From: Alphaproteobacteria bacterium
GTDB taxonomy: Bacteria; Pseudomonadota; Alphaproteobacteria; CAAHEQ01; UBA3637
Reading direction: 5' to 3'
Length of the DNA: 64,000 bases
Assembly (NCBI GenBank): GCA_017647405.1
Contig: JAGCKR010000060.1
Location: 12,381 to 76,380, forward strand
Position 1 is the first letter of the stretch; each line of letters opens with the position of its first letter. This document shows, piece by piece, positions 58,675 to 64,000 of the stretch. The notes beneath the pieces were generated by a model. It searched no databases. It saw only the letters and a list, made by a program, of their open reading frames with translations, and was not told where the DNA came from. The translations under genes and the position numbers were made by a program.

Positions 58675-59112
58675 ATGTCTGAAAGATTTAAAGTTCCGGT
58701 TGGGATTTTTGTGATTTTTCGTAATGAAGATAAAGTTTTGCTACAACTTCGGCAAAATTGTTCATTTAGTGGTTATTGGGGATTCGTTGGTGGTCACTTG
58801 GATGGAAATGAGCAAATTATTTTGGCAGCTATTCGTGAAGCAAAAGAAGAAGTGGGTGTTGATATTAGGTCGGAGGATTTGACATTAAAGACTATTTGTC
58901 ATAGTAACAAGGGAGAAGAATATATTCAGTTTTACTTTGAATGTTGTAAATGGTCTGGTGAAATTGAAAATAAAGAGCCAAGTAAGTGCAAATGTTTGGT
59001 GTGGCATGAATGGAATAAATTGCCGGAAAAAACCTGTCCTTATTTGAAGGAAGCGGTGAAAAAAATAAATAAGGGCATTTCTTTTTATGAAGATGAATTT
59101 GATATAAAATAA
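58675..59112 (+). CDS. NUDIX hydrolase
   Basis: GGHLDGNEQIILAAIREAKEEVG; NKEPSKC. Confidence 0.93.
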   Translation: MSERFKVPVGIFVIFRNEDKVLLQLRQNCSFSGYWGFVGGHLDGNEQIILAAIREAKEEVGVDIRSEDLTLKTICHSNKGEEYIQFYFECCKWSGEIENKEPSKCKCLVWHEWNKLPEKTCPYLKEAVKKINKGISFYEDEFDIK

Positions 59113-59166
59113 ATTATTTCATAACATTATATGATAAACTTAAAGTTTTAATTAAAGGAGGTATAA

Positions 59167-59649
59167 ATGAAATTAGTTAAAGGTGAACCAAAAGATGCAA
59201 AGGATTTGAAAAAGATCCATGTAAGTGCTTATCAAACAAGTTATAGGGGGTATATACCTGATGATTATTTGGATTCTTTAAGTGTGTCAGATGATGTTGT
59301 TGAAAGAACGGCTGCTTTTATTGAAAAAACAGAAACGTATTTTGTTGAAGAAAATGGTGAAAAAGTGGGGTTTGTCTATCTTGATTATCCAAAAGAGCAA
59401 AGTGATGCATTTGAAATTATGGCAATTTATGTTCATCCTGATTGTCAATTAAAAGGGGTGGGGCGCTTTTTTATGAATGAACTTTCAAAAATGAAAAAAT
59501 TGGCTGGATTTACTAAAGTGATTGCTTGGACAATGAAAGAGGGGCCTTCAATCGGTTTTTATCAAAAGATGGGGTTTAAACAGGTTGAGGGGGAAAAAAA
59601 ATTTTGGAAATTTGATATTCCGATTATTTGCTTTGAAAAAGAAATCTAA
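59167..59649 (+). CDS. GNAT N-acetyltransferase
   Basis: AIYVHPDCQLKGVG acetyl-CoA motif; FYQKMGF. Confidence 0.92.
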   Translation: MKLVKGEPKDAKDLKKIHVSAYQTSYRGYIPDDYLDSLSVSDDVVERTAAFIEKTETYFVEENGEKVGFVYLDYPKEQSDAFEIMAIYVHPDCQLKGVGRFFMNELSKMKKLAGFTKVIAWTMKEGPSIGFYQKMGFKQVEGEKKFWKFDIPIICFEKEI

Positions 59650-59702
59650 GAGTTTTTTTAATGATCTTTGTTGTGAGTTTGTTTGTATGTTGATTAAACA
59701 AT

Positions 59703-59732
59703 AAAAAACCTCCCGATTAGGGGAGGTTTTTT
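59703..59732. terminator. bidirectional terminator
   Basis: AAAAAACCTCCC-GATTAG-GGGAGGTTTTTT. Confidence 0.85.
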
Positions 59733-59734
59733 AT

Positions 59735-59811
59735 TGGTGGGCCCGGAGAGACTCGAACTCCCGACCTATCCGTTATGAGCGGACAGCTCTAACCAACTGA
59801 GCTACAGGCCC
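59735..59811 (-). tRNA. tRNA with CAT anticodon, most likely tRNA-Ile2 (lysidine)
   Basis: Reverse complement GGGCCTG...CGGGCCC-ACCA; anticodon loop CTCATAA; paired 1:72 (not initiator); Ile-type acceptor stem. Confidence 0.9.
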
Positions 59812-59970
59812 GATCCATAGAGGGTATTATAGAGATATTTTTATGAATTGCAAGAGTTTTTTTATTGAAAATGCCTTTTTTTCTAAAATAGGCAAAATAA
59901 AGTGTTTTTTTTCCTTTTCAAACCTAAAAAAATGTGTTATACTCCCTCCTAACAGTTAGAAAAGGAGTAG

Positions 59971-60492
59971 ATGATGACAAAAGAAGAATATACATTTAAC
60001 CCCGGTGATTTTGTAGTTTATCCAGCTCGTGGTGTTGGTCAAGTAACTGAAATTAAATCAGAAGATGTTTGTGGTCAACAATTGGATATTGTTTCTGTTA
60101 ATTTTAATAAAGATCGGGCAACGGTTAAAATTCCTCTTTCAAAAATCAAAAAAGATGCTTCTTCATTAAGACAAATTTCAACGCCGGCAGTTATGGCTGA
60201 TGCTGTTAAAGTTTTAAAAGGAAAAGCGAAGGTTCGTCGCATTCAATGGAGTAGAAGATCGCAAGAATATACGGAAAAAATTAAATCCGGTGATCCAATT
60301 CAGTTGGCCGAAGTTATGCGCGATTTATATAAGGATCCGGAAAAAAATGAACAAACATATAGTGAACGTCAAATCTATGATCAGGCTGTAAATTTATTTG
60401 TTCCGGAATATGCTTTGGTTAATAATTTGAAAGATGATGAAGCAACTATTCAATTAAGTAATATTTTGAAAAACAGAGCTTCTGCAGAATAG
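59971..60492 (+). CDS. carD: CarD family transcriptional regulator
   Basis: GDFVVYPARGVG, WSRRSQEY, AEVMRDL, YSERQIY. Confidence 0.93.
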   Translation: MMTKEEYTFNPGDFVVYPARGVGQVTEIKSEDVCGQQLDIVSVNFNKDRATVKIPLSKIKKDASSLRQISTPAVMADAVKVLKGKAKVRRIQWSRRSQEYTEKIKSGDPIQLAEVMRDLYKDPEKNEQTYSERQIYDQAVNLFVPEYALVNNLKDDEATIQLSNILKNRASAE

Positions 60493-60499
60493 TTTTTTT

Positions 60500-60529
60500 A
60501 GAGCGCTGTTTTTTAGCGCTCTTTTTTTT
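60500..60529 (+). terminator. intrinsic terminator after carD
   Basis: AGAGCGCT-N6-AGCGCTCT followed by T tract. Confidence 0.75.
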
Positions 60530-60550
60530 GCATCGTAAAAGGAAAAGAAA

Positions 60551-60841
60551 ATGAAAGTTTTTTTTGTCTTTGTGAGTTTATTGTTTGTGACTGCTTGTGC
60601 TCAGTTTGATCCATTTGTGGATGCTCGGCGTGAGGCTGGGCAAAAAGAAATGATAGGCTCTTCAAAGCCGAATGCTCCTGTGGTTTGTTCTGGATTGTTT
60701 ACAGATCAGTCGGAAAGACAGGCTTTGGCAGATGCTGAATGCAAAAAAGTAGGGAAAAAAGCTGTTTCTCAACAAATTTCTTCTTTTGAATGTAAATTAT
60801 TTTTGCCGGTAAAAGAACGATTTGTTTGTGTGGAAGACTAA
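60551..60841 (+). CDS. small Cys-containing lipoprotein
   Basis: Lipobox VTAC; four further Cys. Confidence 0.75.
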   Translation: MKVFFVFVSLLFVTACAQFDPFVDARREAGQKEMIGSSKPNAPVVCSGLFTDQSERQALADAECKKVGKKAVSQQISSFECKLFLPVKERFVCVED

Positions 60842-60878
60842 GGCTTTTTGAATAAAATATTTTTTTAACATAAAATGC

Positions 60879-60907
60879 TTGTATCTGAAAAATGAAAGTG
60901 CTATAAT
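60879..60907 (+). promoter_or_regulatory. sigma70 promoter upstream of fzlA
   Basis: TTGTAT-N17-TATAAT with TG extension. Confidence 0.65.
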
Positions 60908-61002
60908 GCCTTTTAAGATATTTGGAAAGCTCTAAATGTCTTAAAAAATGCTTTTTTATCAATATGTTGTTTCTTATATAAAAGAAGAGAGTGTGGGTAT
61001 TT

Positions 61003-61680
61003 ATGGCAGAACGTAGAACTTTATATCATTACACTTTGTGCCCTTTTTCAAGAAAGGTTAGATTATTATTGTTTGAAAAGGGGATGCCGTATGGAACGAT
61101 TTTTGAAGTTCCTTGGGCGCGTCGGCCGGAATTTTTGAAACTAAATCCGTTGGGAGAGGTGCCTGTTTTGATTGAACCCGATGATCCGGTTTTGTCTGAT
61201 CATGTGGCGATTTCGGAATATTTAAATGAAATTAAAACATTGCCGAATTTATTAGGAGAAACCCCTCGTGGACGAGCAGAGGTCAGACGTTTGACCAATT
61301 TATTTGATACTTCTTTTTATATGGATGTATATAAACCGCTTGTGGGGGAACGCGTAATTAAAGCATTAAAGTCAAAAGAAACGCCGGATTCTGTTTTAAT
61401 CAGAGCAGGGCGGGAAAATTTGAAACGATATATGTTATATTTGGATTGGTTAGCGGCACACAGAAGTTATTTGGCTGGTCGAAATATGTCAATGGCTGAT
61501 TTAGGTATCGCGGCGCATATTTCAGTTATGGATTATTTGGGTGAGATCGAGTGGGATGATTATCCAGATGCAAAAATGTGGTATATGAAAATTAAATCTC
61601 GTCCGTCATTTGCGCCATTGTTGAGTGATAAAGTTTCGGGGATCATGCCGGCTGAAAAATATGCCGAATTAGATTTTTAA
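61003..61680 (+). CDS. fzlA: GST-fold FtsZ-binding protein FzlA-like
   Basis: LCPFSRKVR, NPLGEVPVL, KIKSRPSF..LL.D, C-terminal YAELDF characteristic of alphaproteobacterial FzlA. Confidence 0.85.
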   Translation: MAERRTLYHYTLCPFSRKVRLLLFEKGMPYGTIFEVPWARRPEFLKLNPLGEVPVLIEPDDPVLSDHVAISEYLNEIKTLPNLLGETPRGRAEVRRLTNLFDTSFYMDVYKPLVGERVIKALKSKETPDSVLIRAGRENLKRYMLYLDWLAAHRSYLAGRNMSMADLGIAAHISVMDYLGEIEWDDYPDAKMWYMKIKSRPSFAPLLSDKVSGIMPAEKYAELDF

Positions 61681-61693
61681 AAAGGAGGGGGAT

Positions 61694-62104
61694 ATGAAAA
61701 GAATTTTTAAAACATTATGTGTTGTAAGCTCTTTTTTGTTTGTTTCTGCCTGTGGTAGTGATGGGCAACATATGTATTATTGGGAACGCCCGAATACAGG
61801 AGTTGTTTGGTTCGCGCGAGATCACAATGAATGTTTGGCAATAGCAGATATGTGGCCATATCAATGGCCGGGAATGCCATGGGGATGGGGAACCCCTCCA
61901 AATTTGGATTTAAGATTTGACAATTCATCAGATCATGGTATTTGGGCTCAGTTTATTCCGTTTCCGGGGGCTCAACCTTTGCATGTAAATTCAAAGGTTG
62001 GTGATTGGTCAATGTCGTATGATGATTATGAGGAATGTATGCTTTCCAGAAATTATGTGTTACGTAGACCCGTTAAAGTTGATAATCAAGTTTTTTTTGA
62101 ATAA
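61694..62104 (+). CDS. hypothetical lipoprotein
   Basis: Lipobox VSAC; W/P-rich; RDHNEC...YEECM. Confidence 0.75.
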   Translation: MKRIFKTLCVVSSFLFVSACGSDGQHMYYWERPNTGVVWFARDHNECLAIADMWPYQWPGMPWGWGTPPNLDLRFDNSSDHGIWAQFIPFPGAQPLHVNSKVGDWSMSYDDYEECMLSRNYVLRRPVKVDNQVFFE

Positions 62105-62125
62105 GAGTTTTGAAAGGGTGTCAGA

Positions 62126-63277
62126 ATGAGTAAAGAAAAAAAAGATCCGGTTGTGATTCAAGTTTTGCCAGCTTTGAATCAGGGTGGAGTCGAACGCGGA
62201 ACTATTGAAATAGCAGAAGCGTTGCAAAAAGAAGGAATTAAAAATTATGTGATTTCTTCTGGCGGTAAAATGGTTGCAGAACTTTCACGATTGGGGGTAA
62301 CTCATATTACTTTGCCTGTTAAAACAAAAAATCCTTTGTTAATGTTTATTAATTCCTATCGTTTGGAAAAGATTTTTAAAGAAACCGGTGCTTCATTGGT
62401 TCATGTGCGTTCAAGAGCTCCTGCTTGGTCTGTTAAATGGGCAGCTAATAGAATGAAAATACCTTTTATTGCAACATTTCATGGTCGTTATGGTTTAAAA
62501 CCGGAAGTGTTTAAAAAAGCGTATAATAGGGTTATGACAAAAGGCAAATATGTGATTGCAGTTTCCGCTTTTATTCAAAATCATCTGATGAAGGAATATA
62601 ATATTCCTGATCAACGAATTCGTTTAATTCCAAGAGGTGCGGATATTAATAAATTTAGTATGGATGCTATTTCTGTTGGAGCTTTACAAGATTTTGCTAA
62701 AGAATATGATATTCCAACGGATAAACCGATTGTAACTTTAGTGGGGCGTTTATCACGCATTAAAGGTCATGATGTTGTGTTGGATGCTGTTGCTCAAATG
62801 AAACAAAAAGAGATTACCTTGCTTTTTGTTGGCGGTAACGCAAAGGCTGGTTATGATGTTGAAGTGAAAAAGAAAATTGAAGCTTTACCAACAGAAACAA
62901 CCGTTAAAGTTTTTGCTGTTCCCGGGGATAAAATGCCGTTTGTTTATGCCTTATCAGATATTTGTGTTCAACCAACATTAGTTCCGGAATCCTTTGGTCG
63001 AGGGATTTCGGAAGCGCAAGCGATGGGTCGTGTGGTTGTTGCTTCAAATCATGGTGGAGCATGTGAACTTATTTCTAACAATAGAACAGGGTTTTTAACA
63101 CCGGTTGGTAATTCAAAGATTTTAGCTTCAGTTTTGGATTCTGTGTTGAGCATGACTCCGGCTGAAAGACAGACAATTGGTATGTCGGCACAAGAAAGTG
63201 TTCGTAATAATTTCTCTATTCAAAAAATGTGTGACAGAACGATTGCATTATATAAAGAGATTCTAAATAATGACTAA
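62126..63277 (+). CDS. glycosyltransferase family 4
   Basis: QVLPALNQGGVERGT, HVRSRAPAW, ESFGRGISEAQAMG. Confidence 0.93.
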   Translation: MSKEKKDPVVIQVLPALNQGGVERGTIEIAEALQKEGIKNYVISSGGKMVAELSRLGVTHITLPVKTKNPLLMFINSYRLEKIFKETGASLVHVRSRAPAWSVKWAANRMKIPFIATFHGRYGLKPEVFKKAYNRVMTKGKYVIAVSAFIQNHLMKEYNIPDQRIRLIPRGADINKFSMDAISVGALQDFAKEYDIPTDKPIVTLVGRLSRIKGHDVVLDAVAQMKQKEITLLFVGGNAKAGYDVEVKKKIEALPTETTVKVFAVPGDKMPFVYALSDICVQPTLVPESFGRGISEAQAMGRVVVASNHGGACELISNNRTGFLTPVGNSKILASVLDSVLSMTPAERQTIGMSAQESVRNNFSIQKMCDRTIALYKEILNND

Positions 63278-63659
63278 AAAAGAAAACAAAGAGCAATCTT
63301 CTCAGTTGGAGAAGGTTGCCCTTCAAATTGAAAAGATGCGATTGGGTGATTATATTTATAATATGAATCGCCCGTCGAAAATTATTTTGAATAACCTTCT
63401 TGGAGGTATTTCAAGAGGTGTTGGTTTAACAGTAGGCGCAACACTGGTTATTGCGCTGTTGTTTAAAATTTTAAGTGTTATTATTTCAATGAATATCCCT
63501 TATTTAACAGAAACATTACAGGAAGTTGTTTCTATAATTAAAGCAACACCGGTTGCGGGGATTGTTGAAGATAAAAAACAAAAGTGTGACTGCGCCCCTT
63601 TAATGGATAACGGGGATGAAAAAGAAAGGACTGAAGATGTTAACTCAGGAACAAATTAA
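63270..63659 (+). CDS. DUF5665-like membrane protein
   Basis: NLLGGISRGVGLTVGAT motif. Confidence 0.75.
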   Translation: MTKKENKEQSSQLEKVALQIEKMRLGDYIYNMNRPSKIILNNLLGGISRGVGLTVGATLVIALLFKILSVIISMNIPYLTETLQEVVSIIKATPVAGIVEDKKQKCDCAPLMDNGDEKERTEDVNSGTN

Positions 63660-64000
63660 AGTAGGGATAATCGGATATGGGGTGATTGGTATGACCTTTG
63701 CAAAGTGGTTAGAAGAACATACCAAGTGTCAAATGGCTATTTCTGATCCGCCCAAAGGAATTAATGATGATCTTTCCGATTGTCATATTTATTTTATTGG
63801 TATTCATATCCCAACTGAATTGGATGGTACACAAGATTTAACTTTGTTGAAGTCGATTATCAAGGATTTACCGGCTGAAAAACCAATTTTTGTTAGAACA
63901 ACTCTTTTACCGGGAACGGCAGATAAACTGACAGAAGAATTTAAAAAGCCCGTTTATTTTATGCCGGAATTTTTAACAGAAAGAACAGCTTATGCAGATT
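63637..64000 (+). CDS. UDP-glucose/GDP-mannose dehydrogenase family protein (partial, runs off the window; not in ORF track)
   Basis: MLTQEQIKVGIIGYGVIG Rossmann motif, RTTLLPGT, FMPEFL.E. Confidence 0.85.
   Translation, partial: MLTQEQIKVGIIGYGVIGMTFAKWLEEHTKCQMAISDPPKGINDDLSDCHIYFIGIHIPTELDGTQDLTLLKSIIKDLPAEKPIFVRTTLLPGTADKLTEEFKKPVYFMPEFLTERTAYAD

Overview
AT-rich chromosomal window, most consistent with a host- or gut-associated alphaproteobacterium of Rhodospirillales-like affinity (lpxI, a CenR-like regulator, fzlA, carD, tRNA-His with G-1/C73). The backbone is housekeeping and envelope genes: hda, pepA, pssA/psd, waaA-lpxK-lpxL, gpmI, mnmA, ftsK-lolA, cdsA-rseP-bamA-skp-lpxD-fabZ-lpxA-lpxI-lpxB-dxs, and five tRNAs. 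Accessory genes and orphans are interspersed. I saw no integrase, transposase, CRISPR array or rRNA. Best leads: (1) an unannotated Phe-rich leader peptide with a hairpin upstream of DAHP synthase; (2) a uORF plus long hairpin and U-tract, bracketed by a duplicated 13-bp RBS, between fabZ and lpxA; (3) a DsbA/ScsC-like protein with an 11-Cys metallothionein-like N-terminus; (4) several signal-less orphans with similar polar/basic C-terminal tails (possible secretion substrates); (5) two sialyltransferase-family enzymes, one with tandem Cys-rich repeats; (6) a structured non-coding region next to an autotransporter pseudogene; (7) a duplicated 45-bp promoter/RBS module before adjacent NUDIX and GNAT genes. 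All family calls come from motif recognition by eye; no database search was run.
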